Assembly: GCA_035651955.1 (NCBI GenBank)
Contig: DASRES010000031.1
Location: 12,184 to 76,183, forward strand
DNA length: 64,000 nt
Direction: 5' to 3'
DNA from: Acidimicrobiia bacterium
GTDB taxonomy: Bacteria; Actinomycetota; Acidimicrobiia; IMCC26256; JAMXLJ01
Shown here piece after piece: positions 20,394 through 28,862 of the stretch; the first letter of the stretch is position 1; each line of letters opens with the position of its first letter. The translations under genes were made by a program, and so were the position numbers. The notes under the pieces were generated by a model that was not told the DNA's origin, did no database searches, and saw only the letters and a list, made by a program, of their open reading frames with translations.

Positions 20394-20720
20394 ATGCAAC
20401 GACACACGACGGCGTCTCGCGACGCCGGCATGCGAAGGGTCCGCCGCACCACGAAGTGGCTCGCCGGTGGTGCCGCCGGCCTGACAGCTCTGTTCACCGC
20501 GTTCACGCTGCCGCACAGGAGCTCGACGACGACAACGTCGAACACGTCGAACGGCTCGACGTCGTCGGGCTCGGTGTCGTCGAGCAGCGGGAGCAGCAAC
20601 AGCAGCAACAGCCGCAGCTCGTCGTCCTCGTCGTCGTCCTCGTCCGACAACGGGCTCTCGTCGAGCAGCGGCGTCTCCTCGTCCTCGCGGCAGCCGGTGA
20701 CGCACTCGGGGGCGTCGTGA
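20394..20720 (+). CDS. Membrane-anchored poly-Ser/Thr low-complexity protein ending in SGAS
   Basis: ATG 20394, or ATG 20430 giving MRRVRRTTKWLAGGAAGLTALFTAFTL. About 65 aa of S/T/N/G follow, and the C-terminus is RQPVTHSGAS. GC3 is near 100% in this frame. The stop overlaps the next start (GTGA). Confidence 0.55.
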   Translation: MQRHTTASRDAGMRRVRRTTKWLAGGAAGLTALFTAFTLPHRSSTTTTSNTSNGSTSSGSVSSSSGSSNSSNSRSSSSSSSSSSDNGLSSSSGVSSSSRQPVTHSGAS

Positions 20721-21652
20721 AGGAGCGGACGGAGTCGGCGAGCTTCCGGGCGCTCGGGACGACCGCGACCGTCGTCGTCGACGGCGGCGACCTCGCCGTC
20801 GCGCGCGAGATCCTCGCGGACGAGGTCGGCGCGCTCGACCGCGCGTGCAGCCGCTTCCGTGACGACTCCGAGCTCAGCGCGGTCAACCGCGCGGCCGGCC
20901 AGCCCGTCGTCGTCGGGCCGATGCTGCTCGGCGCGGTGGAGGTCGCCCTGCGCGCCGCGCGCATGACGGACGGCCGTGTCGATCCCACGGTCGGGCGCGC
21001 GCTGCAGGTCCTCGGCTACGACCGCACCTTCGACGAGCTCCCGTCGGACCGGCCGCGCTCCGTCGTGTGGGCGCGCCGCGTTCCCGGCTGGCAGGCGATC
21101 ACGATCGACCGGCGCGCCCGTACCCTGCGCGTCCCGTCGGGCGTGCAGCTCGACCTCGGCGCGACGGCCAAGGCCTGGGCGGCCGACCGTGCCGCGGCGA
21201 GGATCGCGCTCAAGCTCGAGCGCCCCGTCCTCGTGAGCCTCGGTGGCGACGTGAGCGCGGCCGGTCCCACCCGTCCGGGCGGGTGGCCGGTGCGCGTCAC
21301 CGACGACCACGCCGCGGGCCGCGACGCGCCCGGCGAGACCGTCGACCTCCACGGAGGTGGGCTTGCGACCTCGGGCACGACCGTACGTCGGTGGTCGATG
21401 GGCGGGGAGGAGCACCACCACGTCGTCGACCCGACGACGGGTCGCAGCGCGCGCACGCCGTACCGGACGGTCAGCGTCGCGGCCGGATCGTGCGTCGACG
21501 CCAACGTCGCGACGACCGCCGCGCTCGTCGCCGGCGAGGACGGGCCCGCCTGGGTCGCGCGACACGGGCTCCCCGCCCGCTTCGTCGCGCACGACGGCAC
21601 GGTCACGCGCGTCGGCGGCTGGCCGGAACCGGCATTGCCGGTGGCGTCGTGA
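20717..21652 (+). CDS. apbE: FAD:protein FMN transferase (ApbE family)
   Basis: ApbE motifs FRALGTTATVVV and LDLGATAKAWAAD. GTG start overlaps the upstream stop. No signal peptide with this start. Confidence 0.85.
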   Translation: MKERTESASFRALGTTATVVVDGGDLAVAREILADEVGALDRACSRFRDDSELSAVNRAAGQPVVVGPMLLGAVEVALRAARMTDGRVDPTVGRALQVLGYDRTFDELPSDRPRSVVWARRVPGWQAITIDRRARTLRVPSGVQLDLGATAKAWAADRAAARIALKLERPVLVSLGGDVSAAGPTRPGGWPVRVTDDHAAGRDAPGETVDLHGGGLATSGTTVRRWSMGGEEHHHVVDPTTGRSARTPYRTVSVAAGSCVDANVATTAALVAGEDGPAWVARHGLPARFVAHDGTVTRVGGWPEPALPVAS

Positions 21653-22410
21653 GCACCGTGCTCGCGGCAACTGCCGGTTCGCCGCTCTGGTACTTCGCGC
21701 GCGCGACCGGGATGGTCGCGCTCGTCCTGCTCACCGTCACGGTGGTGCTCGGCGTGGTCACGAGCGTCCGCTGGAGCTCGCGCCGCTGGCCGCGGTTCGT
21801 CGTGGAGTACGTCCACCGCGACGTCACGCTGCTCGTGATGACCTTCATCGTGCTGCACGTGGCGACGGTCGTCCTCGACGGCTACGCGCCGATCGGATGG
21901 GCGGCCGCGGTCGTGCCGTTCTCGTCGCCGTACCGCGCGCTCTGGCTCGGTCTGGGCGCGGTCGCGTTCGACCTGCTGCTCGCAGTCGGCGCGACGAGCT
22001 GGTTGCGCCACCGCGTCGGCTTCCGCGTCTGGCGCTTCGTGCACTGGTTCGCGTACGGCGCGTGGGGCTTCTCCGTCGTGCACGGCCTCGCGACCGGCAC
22101 CGACACCCAACGGGGTTGGGCGCTCTTCGTGAACGCGGCATGCGTCGCGGCCGTCCTCGCCGCGGTCTGGTGGCGGCTGGCCGTCGGCTGGCGCGAGGAC
22201 CGGGCGGGGATCAGGACGGCGCTCCTCGGTATGACGTTCGTCCTGCCGCTCGCGCTGCTCGGGTGGCTGCGCGCCGGCCCGCTCGCGACGGGATGGGCGC
22301 GGCGGTCGGGAACGCCGGCGAGCGTGCTCGAGAAGACGACGCAGGGGCAGACGACGACATCGACGACCAACGCCCCGGTGAACGAGGACGACGGAGGATT
22401 CGAGCGATGA
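21649..22410 (+). CDS. Ferric-reductase-like transmembrane di-haem protein (MsrQ/YedZ-like)
   Basis: About six hydrophobic helices with two His pairs spaced 13-14 residues apart (HRDVTLLVMTFIVLH, HWFAYGAWGFSVVH). GTGA overlap with the apbE stop. Confidence 0.8.
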   Translation: MSTVLAATAGSPLWYFARATGMVALVLLTVTVVLGVVTSVRWSSRRWPRFVVEYVHRDVTLLVMTFIVLHVATVVLDGYAPIGWAAAVVPFSSPYRALWLGLGAVAFDLLLAVGATSWLRHRVGFRVWRFVHWFAYGAWGFSVVHGLATGTDTQRGWALFVNAACVAAVLAAVWWRLAVGWREDRAGIRTALLGMTFVLPLALLGWLRAGPLATGWARRSGTPASVLEKTTQGQTTTSTTNAPVNEDDGGFER

Positions 22411-23717
22411 CCGCGGTCCAGGACGAACGGCTGCGCGGCGGGTACGCGCCCGACGGGCTGCCGCGGCTGCTCGTCGGCGAACGCGACGGCACCGGAAGCC
22501 TCGAGGAGCACCTGCGCGTGCACGGTGCGCTCCCGCCGCGGATCGACCCGAGGTCGATGCTCGACGAGCTCGACCGCTCGGGCCTCGCGGGCCGTGGCGG
22601 CGCGTCGTTCCCGACCGCGAGGAAGTGGCGCGCGGTCGCGGACCGACGGGGCCGTGCCGTGGTCGTCGCGAACGGGTGCGAGGGCGAGCCGGCGAGCCAG
22701 AAGGACGCGCTGCTGCTCGCCCGCTTCCCGCACCTCGTGCTGGACGGGCTCGCCGTCGCGGCCGCGACCGTCGGCGCGCGCGACGCGGTGCTCGCCGTCG
22801 AGCGGACGCGGCCCGAGCTCGTGACCGCCGTGACCCGCGCGATCTCCGAGCGCGCGGCGACCGGCCGTGACCGCGTCGTGCCGCGCGTCGTCGGTGTCCC
22901 GGCCCGGTACGTCGCGGGCGAGGAGTCCGCGCTCGTCCACTGGTTGAACGGTGGCGACGCCAAGCCGACCAACGTCCCGCCCCGCCCGTTCGAGCGCGGT
23001 GTGTCCGGCCGGCCCACGCTCGTGCAGAACGTCGAGACGCTCGCGCACGTCGCGCTCGTCGCGCGTCATGGCGGCGACTGGTTCCGCGCGGTCGGCACGC
23101 CCGCCGAGCCGGGGTCGATCCTCGTGACGATCTCGGGCGCGGTCGCGTCTCCGGGCGTCTGCGAGGTCGAGCTCGGCACACCGCTCGGGCACGTGATCTC
23201 GCGCGCGGGTGGCGCGACCTCGCCCTTGTCGGCCGTCCTCGTCGGCGGGTACTTCGGCACCTGGCTGCCGGCGACGTCGCTCGACGAGGCCGTTCTCGCG
23301 AACACGGAGCTGCGCGCCCGCGGCGGGGGGATCGGCTGCGGCGTCGTCGTCGCGCTCCCCGGGACGGCGTGCGGGCTCGTCGAAGCCGCGCGCGTGGCGC
23401 GCTACCTTGCCGACGAGACGGCGGGCCAGTGTGGTCCCTGCGTCAACGGGCTCGCCGCGGTCGCGGGTGCGGTCGAGGAGATCGCGTATCGGAAGGCGAC
23501 GCCTGAGCGGGTGCGGCAGATCGACCGTTGGACGCGGATGATCGCGGACCGCGGCGCGTGCCATCACCCCGACGGTGCGATCCGCTTCGTGCGCAGCGCC
23601 CTCGACGCGTTCCGCGACGAGCTCGACATGCACGCCCGCGGCCGTTGCACCGGCTCGGCCACAGCGCCGGTGCTGCCCGTGCCGTCCGGGCAGTCGCGCG
23701 ACCGGGGTTGGAGGTGA
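22407..23717 (+). CDS. NuoF-like NAD(P)H-binding flavoprotein with 4Fe-4S site
   Basis: GRGGASFPTARKW (NADH/FMN site of the complex I 51-kDa family), ANGCEGEPASQKD, ETAGQCGPCVNG plus CHHPDG (Fe-S cysteines). ATGA overlap with the upstream stop. Confidence 0.85.
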   Translation: MTAVQDERLRGGYAPDGLPRLLVGERDGTGSLEEHLRVHGALPPRIDPRSMLDELDRSGLAGRGGASFPTARKWRAVADRRGRAVVVANGCEGEPASQKDALLLARFPHLVLDGLAVAAATVGARDAVLAVERTRPELVTAVTRAISERAATGRDRVVPRVVGVPARYVAGEESALVHWLNGGDAKPTNVPPRPFERGVSGRPTLVQNVETLAHVALVARHGGDWFRAVGTPAEPGSILVTISGAVASPGVCEVELGTPLGHVISRAGGATSPLSAVLVGGYFGTWLPATSLDEAVLANTELRARGGGIGCGVVVALPGTACGLVEAARVARYLADETAGQCGPCVNGLAAVAGAVEEIAYRKATPERVRQIDRWTRMIADRGACHHPDGAIRFVRSALDAFRDELDMHARGRCTGSATAPVLPVPSGQSRDRGWR

Positions 23718-23932
23718 GCACGTCGATGGCTCGCACGCTGCGCCTCGAGGTCGACATCATCCGCTGCGACGGGCACGGCATCTGTGCCGAGATGTTCCCC
23801 GAGCGCGTCTCCCTCGACGACTGGGGGTACCCGATCGTCGACGGTGCCGAGATCCCGCAGCGCTGCCTCGCCGACGCCCGCCGGGCGGTCCACGCGTGCC
23901 CGGCGCTCGCCCTCCGCCTGGTCGAGGAGTAG
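23714..23932 (+). CDS. Small ferredoxin
   Basis: CDGHGICAEMFPE ... ACPALA single-cluster ferredoxin pattern. GTG 23714 overlaps the upstream stop (GTGA); ATG 23726 is the alternative. Confidence 0.75.
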   Translation: MSTSMARTLRLEVDIIRCDGHGICAEMFPERVSLDDWGYPIVDGAEIPQRCLADARRAVHACPALALRLVEE

Positions 23933-23997
23933 CGGGACGAAGGGAGGAACGGGAACGTTTCCTCAACTCGGGCCCCGAACCGGCCGAGTAGTCGTCC

Positions 23998-25437
23998 GTG
24001 GCCGAACCCATGCGGACGCCGCCGACGCCCACGCCGTCGGTCATCGAGCTGGTCGACCCGGCCGGCAACCCGTACCTGCAGGGCGTCTTCGCGCCCGTCG
24101 CCGAGGAGCTCGACGCGGACGCGCTCCAGGTCGAGGGGCACGTCCCCACCGAGCTGCGCGGGAGCTATCTGCGCAACGGCCCCAACCCGCAGTTCACGCC
24201 CCTCGGCAGCTACACGTATCCCTTCGACGGCGACGGCATGATCCACATGGTCACGTTCGAGGGGGGTCACGTCCGCTACCGCAACCGGTGGGTGGCGACC
24301 CGCGGGCTCGTCGCCGAGCGCCGCGCCGGGCACGCCCTGTACGGCGGCACGTTCACGCCGATCGTGCCCGACCCCGCCCGCATCGGCCCCGACGGCGACC
24401 CCAACCCGTTCAAGAACTGGGCGAACACCAACGTCGTCCGCCACTGCGGGAAGGTGCTCGCGCTGTACGAGGGCGGCCTGCCCTACGAGCTGACGCCCGC
24501 CCTCGAGACGGTCGGCGAGGTCGACTACGAGGGCCTGCTCCCCACCGCGATGTGCGCGCACCCGAAGCTCGACCCGATCTGGGACGAGCTGTGCTTCTTC
24601 CGCTACGACGTCGTGCCCCCGTACCTCGTGTACGGCGTCGTCGGGCCCAAGGGGCGCATCACGCGCACCGAGCCGATCGACCTGCCCGACCCGGTGATGA
24701 TCCACGACTTCGTCGTCACCGATCAGCACGTCGTCTTCTTCGACAGCCCCGCGGTGTTCGACCTCGACGCCATGACGCACGGTGGCCCCGTCCTGGCGTG
24801 GCGCGAGAACCGCGGGACGCGCATCGGCGTGATGAACCGTGAGGGCGACCCGCGCGTCGTGTGGATCCCGGTCGAGGACTGCTACGCGATGCACTTCCTC
24901 AACGGCTACACGGAGGGCGAGACCGTCGTCGTCGACTACGTGTACCGCCGCCGGCTCGACCTGGTCGGCTCGTCGCCGGACAACGCGCCCCGCATGCACC
25001 GCGCCGTGATCGACCTGAGCCGACGCTCCGTGCGCGACGAGCTCGTCGACCACCGCACCGTGGAGTTCCCGCGCATCGACGATCGCCGCACCGGGTTGCA
25101 CCACCGTGTCGGCTACGCAGCCGCCGTGACGCATCCCGACGGCGTGAAGGGCGGGTCGTTCGACACGATCGTCCGCTACGACGTCGACAGCGGCACGTCG
25201 TCCGAGCACCGGTTCCCGCCCGGCGTCGTCGTGGGCGAGCCCGTCTTCGCGCCCCGGCCCGGCGGCTGGGACGAGGACGACGGCTGGCTGCTCGTGTTCG
25301 CGTACGACCTCGCGCGTGACCGCAGCGACCTCGTGATCCTCGACGCCGCGCGCGTGGCGTCGTCGCCGGTGGCCGTCGTGCACCTGCCGGCACGCGTTCC
25401 CGCCGGTCTGCACGGCAACTGGTTCCCCGCGGAGTAG
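23998..25437 (+). CDS. Carotenoid/apocarotenoid cleavage dioxygenase family protein
   Basis: LRNGPNPQF, conserved His contexts (HMVTFEGG, CAHPKLDP, IHDFVVT, AMHFLNGY) and C-terminal GLHGNWFP. Confidence 0.9.
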   Translation: MAEPMRTPPTPTPSVIELVDPAGNPYLQGVFAPVAEELDADALQVEGHVPTELRGSYLRNGPNPQFTPLGSYTYPFDGDGMIHMVTFEGGHVRYRNRWVATRGLVAERRAGHALYGGTFTPIVPDPARIGPDGDPNPFKNWANTNVVRHCGKVLALYEGGLPYELTPALETVGEVDYEGLLPTAMCAHPKLDPIWDELCFFRYDVVPPYLVYGVVGPKGRITRTEPIDLPDPVMIHDFVVTDQHVVFFDSPAVFDLDAMTHGGPVLAWRENRGTRIGVMNREGDPRVVWIPVEDCYAMHFLNGYTEGETVVVDYVYRRRLDLVGSSPDNAPRMHRAVIDLSRRSVRDELVDHRTVEFPRIDDRRTGLHHRVGYAAAVTHPDGVKGGSFDTIVRYDVDSGTSSEHRFPPGVVVGEPVFAPRPGGWDEDDGWLLVFAYDLARDRSDLVILDAARVASSPVAVVHLPARVPAGLHGNWFPAE

Positions 25438-25493
25438 GGCGACCCGTCTCGCGCGGCTGGCGGCGGCGCGGGAGGGGGCGCGACGCTGCCCCG

Positions 25494-26705
25494 GTGGCCG
25501 CCGCGGCCCCCGTCGACGAAGACCGCTCCACCCGCGCGCACGCGACTGCGGCCGTGCTCGGCTACCAGCCCGCGCTCGACGGCATCCGCGCGGTCGCGAT
25601 CGTCATGGTCCTGCTGTTCCACACGATCTACCGCAACAAGGCGCTCTTCGCCGGCGGGTACCTGGGCGTCGACGCGTTCTTCGTGCTCAGCGGGTTCCTG
25701 ATCACGACGTTGCTGCTGCAGGAGGCGCGCCGCTGGCGCCACGTGAGCCTGCGGAGGTTCTACGTGCGTCGCGCGCTGCGCCTGCTGCCGCTCGCCGGCG
25801 CGCTCGCGCTCACCGGTGCGCTCGTGAACCTGACGACGAGCCGCGGCTTCGCGGAACGCCCGTGGCCGGAGGGCGTCGCCAGCGTCCTCTTCTACTTCGC
25901 GAACTGGATGCACCTCTGGCAGCCCAGCGCGCTCGGGTTCATGGGCCACGCCTGGTCACTCGCGATCGAGGAGCAGTTCTACCTGCTGTGGCCGCCCTTG
26001 CTCGTGCTCCTGCTGTGGCGCCGCGTCGGGCGGTGGCCCCTCCTCCTCATCGCGGTCGCGCTCGCGTGCGGGTCCGCGGCGCTGCGCGCGTACCGCTGGT
26101 ACACCGTGACGCACCCTGGGCACGCCATGACCGCGTCCGCGTTCGGGCGGTTCGTCCTGGGCCAGCGGGAGTTCAAGGCCGGCGACCACATCTACTACTC
26201 GTCGTTCACACACGCCGACGGGCTGCTGATCGGCTGCGCGCTCGCCGTGCTCCTCGTCTCGTTCCCGAGCCTGCATCGCGTCGTGCCCCGCTTCGGTGTC
26301 GCCATCGCGACGGCCGGTGTCGTCGCGGCAGGCGTCGTCGTGGCGAAGGCCGGCCCCGCGGGCATCGGGTCGTTCCTGTCCTACTGGGGACTGCCCGTGT
26401 TCGAGCTCGGCGTCGCCGCGGTCACGGCGGCCGTCGTCCTGCGACCCCGTCTGCTGCTCGGCCGCGCGCTCGGGAACCCGGTCGCGGTGTGGGTCGGCCG
26501 GCGGTCGTACGGGCTGTACGTCATCCACGGCGCGGTGTTCACGCTGCTGGCCCACGTCTTCCACACCGACGGCGTGCTCATCCCGGCGATGTGGGGGCTC
26601 ACGTTCGCGTTGGCCGCGCTGTCGTTCCGGTTCCTGGAGACGCCGATCCTGCGCCTGAAGGACCGGTTCTCGACCCGCCCCGTCACGCCGTCCCTCGCGA
26701 CCTGA
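25494..26705 (+). CDS. Acyltransferase family 3 membrane protein (paralog A)
   Basis: LDGIRAVAIVMVLLFH, GVDAFFVLSGFLIT, WSLAIEEQFYLLWP; multi-pass membrane protein. Confidence 0.85.
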   Translation: MAAAAPVDEDRSTRAHATAAVLGYQPALDGIRAVAIVMVLLFHTIYRNKALFAGGYLGVDAFFVLSGFLITTLLLQEARRWRHVSLRRFYVRRALRLLPLAGALALTGALVNLTTSRGFAERPWPEGVASVLFYFANWMHLWQPSALGFMGHAWSLAIEEQFYLLWPPLLVLLLWRRVGRWPLLLIAVALACGSAALRAYRWYTVTHPGHAMTASAFGRFVLGQREFKAGDHIYYSSFTHADGLLIGCALAVLLVSFPSLHRVVPRFGVAIATAGVVAAGVVVAKAGPAGIGSFLSYWGLPVFELGVAAVTAAVVLRPRLLLGRALGNPVAVWVGRRSYGLYVIHGAVFTLLAHVFHTDGVLIPAMWGLTFALAALSFRFLETPILRLKDRFSTRPVTPSLAT

Positions 26706-26722
26706 GCGACCGAGCCCGTCGG

Positions 26723-27541
26723 TCAGGCGCCGCTTCCGCTCGCCTCGCGGCTCGCTCGCTCCATGGCGGCCATGCCCGCGAGGAAGCCGTCGGGGTCGTT
26801 CGTCTTGCCGATGACGATGTCGCGCTGCGCGAGGCCGCCGGGGAACTCGGGCGGGGCGAAGTACTCGAACCCGTCGTCCTCGATCGCGGCGACGATGCTC
26901 GCGGCGCACTCGTCGGCCGGGACGAACGGCCCGTCGTAGAGCGCGGGGTCGTTGCCGGGCTGGTCCCAGATCTCGGTGGCGATCGGCCCCGGGAGGACGA
27001 GCTTCACGTCGACGCCCGTGCCGTCGAGATCGATGCGCATCACCTCGCTCCAGCCGCACAACGCGAACTTCGACGCGCAGTACGCAGCCTCGTGCGCGAT
27101 GCCGATCCGGCCGCCCATGCTCGACACGTTGACGACGAGGCCGCGGCCGCGGTCGAGCATGCGGGGGAGCACCGCGAGCGTCATCGCGACGGGCGAGCGG
27201 AAGTTCACCTGCATCACCGTGTCGACCTGGTCGAGGTCGAGACGGGGGACCGGTGTGCGCTTCGGGATGGCGGCGTTGTTGACGAGGCAGTCGAGCCCGC
27301 CGAACGCGTCCCACGCCTCGAGGACGACCTGCTGCGCGCGCTCGACGTCGCCGAGATCCGCGGCCCAGGAGGTGGAACCGGGCGTGTGCGCGCGGCACTG
27401 CTCGACGACCTGCTCGAGCCGTTCGGCGCGGCGCGCGACGACGCCGACCGTCGCACCCTTGGCGGCCAGCTGCGGTGCGAGCGCGGCGCCGATGCCCGAC
27501 GACGCGCCCGTCACGAGGAACCTCGCCCCGTCGATCTGCAT
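26723..27541 (-). CDS. Short-chain dehydrogenase/reductase
   Basis: TGASSGIGAALA cofactor motif and catalytic YCASKFAL (YxxxK). Confidence 0.9.
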   Translation of the reverse strand: MQIDGARFLVTGASSGIGAALAPQLAAKGATVGVVARRAERLEQVVEQCRAHTPGSTSWAADLGDVERAQQVVLEAWDAFGGLDCLVNNAAIPKRTPVPRLDLDQVDTVMQVNFRSPVAMTLAVLPRMLDRGRGLVVNVSSMGGRIGIAHEAAYCASKFALCGWSEVMRIDLDGTGVDVKLVLPGPIATEIWDQPGNDPALYDGPFVPADECAASIVAAIEDDGFEYFAPPEFPGGLAQRDIVIGKTNDPDGFLAGMAAMERASREASGSGA

Positions 27542-27550
27542 GCCCGCATC

Positions 27551-27566
27551 ATGACACCGGCGTCAG
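27551..27566. promoter_or_regulatory. Variant palindrome ATGAC-ACCGGC-GTCAG (site 6, one mismatch)
   Basis: TGAC-N6-GTCA core kept. Lies 10-25 nt upstream of the SDR ATG in a divergent intergenic region. Confidence 0.4.
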
Positions 27567-27618
27567 GTCGGCGCCTCCGGCCTGAACGCGCGCACGCGTC
27601 GATCGCGGCGCTCGCGGC

Positions 27619-28848
27619 GTGCGAGGCTGGCGGCGGATGTCCCGGGACGTGCACGACGGGTCGCGCGACGCGGTCGACCGGAGGACGCGCGCGTCCGTGC
27701 TCGGCTACCAGCCCGCGCTGGACGGCATCCGGTGCATCGCCATCCTCATGGTGCTCGTCTTCCACACCGACTGGCACGGCAAGACGCTCTTCCAGGCGGG
27801 ATATCTCGGGGTCGACCTCTTCTTCGTGCTGAGCGGGTTCCTGATCACGGTGCTCCTGCTGCAGGAGGCCAGGAGGTGGCGCCGGATCAGCCTCCGGAAC
27901 TTCTACGTGCGGCGCGCGCTGCGGCTCCTCCCCCTCGCGGGGCTGCTCGCGCTCGTGGGCGCGATCGTGAACCGCACGACGTCGGTCGGCTTCGCCGGGC
28001 GGCCCGAGTGGCAGGGCGTCGCCAGCGTCGCGCTCTACTTCGCGAACTGGATGCACCTGTGGCGACCGAACGCGCTCGGGTTCATGGGCCACGCGTGGTC
28101 GCTCGCGATCGAGGAGCAGTTCTACCTGCTCTGGCCGCCCGTGCTCGTGCTCCTGCTCTGGCGGCGCGCGTCACGGTGGATCCTGCTCGCCGTCCCCGTC
28201 GCGCTCGCGCTCGGCTCGGCCGGGTACCGGGCCTACCAGTGGTACGCGGTGAACCACTTCCCGGCGAGGATCCGCGGATTCCTGCCCGCGATGCTCGTCC
28301 AGAACGGCAAGGAGTTCCACGTCTCGGAGCGCATCTACTACAGCTCCGTCACCCACGCGGACGGGCTGCTGATCGGCTGCGCGCTCGCGGTGCTGCTCGT
28401 CTCGTTCCCGGTCGTGCTCCGGGTCACGCCGAAGGTCGCCGCTCTCGCCGCCGGAGCGGGCACGATCGCGATCCTGCTCGTGATCCACGGCGCGAACGCG
28501 CAGCCGCGCACGATCTTCCTCCCGGAGTGGGGCCTGCTCGTGTTCGAGGTCGCGGCTGCCGCCATCACCGGCGCGCTCGTCCTGCACCCGGGCATCCGGA
28601 TGGCACGGGTCCTGTCACACCGCGCCGCGGTCTGGGTCGGGCGCCGGTCCTACGGCGTCTACGTCATCCACGGCGTCGTGTTCTCGCTGCTGAGCCACGT
28701 GATCACCCACGAGTCGGTCCTCGTCCCGACGATGTGGGCGGTCACGTTCGCGCTCGCCGCGCTCTCGTACCGCTACGTCGAAGGTCCGATCCTCCGCCTC
28801 AAGGATCGGTTCTCGTCGCCGCGTGTGTCACCGTCGCTCGCGACGTAG
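27619..28848 (+). CDS. Acyltransferase family 3 membrane protein (paralog B)
   Basis: Same motifs as paralog A, with long near-identical stretches (e.g. VLGYQPALDGIR, FYVRRALRLLPLAG, FMGHAWSLAIEEQFYLLWPP, C-terminal PSLAT). ATG 27637 is an alternative start. Confidence 0.85.
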   Translation: MRGWRRMSRDVHDGSRDAVDRRTRASVLGYQPALDGIRCIAILMVLVFHTDWHGKTLFQAGYLGVDLFFVLSGFLITVLLLQEARRWRRISLRNFYVRRALRLLPLAGLLALVGAIVNRTTSVGFAGRPEWQGVASVALYFANWMHLWRPNALGFMGHAWSLAIEEQFYLLWPPVLVLLLWRRASRWILLAVPVALALGSAGYRAYQWYAVNHFPARIRGFLPAMLVQNGKEFHVSERIYYSSVTHADGLLIGCALAVLLVSFPVVLRVTPKVAALAAGAGTIAILLVIHGANAQPRTIFLPEWGLLVFEVAAAAITGALVLHPGIRMARVLSHRAAVWVGRRSYGVYVIHGVVFSLLSHVITHESVLVPTMWAVTFALAALSYRYVEGPILRLKDRFSSPRVSPSLAT

Positions 28849-28862
28849 GCACGACCGCTGGC

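Noticed and set aside
20520-20700. Alternative readings of the poly-Ser region (poly-Gln/Leu/Val frame, acidic antisense frame) or a non-coding microsatellite
   Set aside because: The Ser-rich frame has nearly 100% G/C at third positions and connects an N-terminal anchor to a stop that overlaps the apbE start. The other frames lack starts or context.
23946-23962. Tandem GGAACG GGAACG followed by TTTCC, upstream of the carotenoid oxygenase gene
   Set aside because: Very short, an imperfect inverted repeat, and a single occurrence. Not enough to call a site.
25176-25949. Pair of similar antisense ORFs starting MAHEPER... (25176-25949 and 27511-28092)
   Set aside because: Their similarity simply mirrors the duplication of the two acyltransferase-3 genes on the opposite strand. 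It is not independent evidence of coding.
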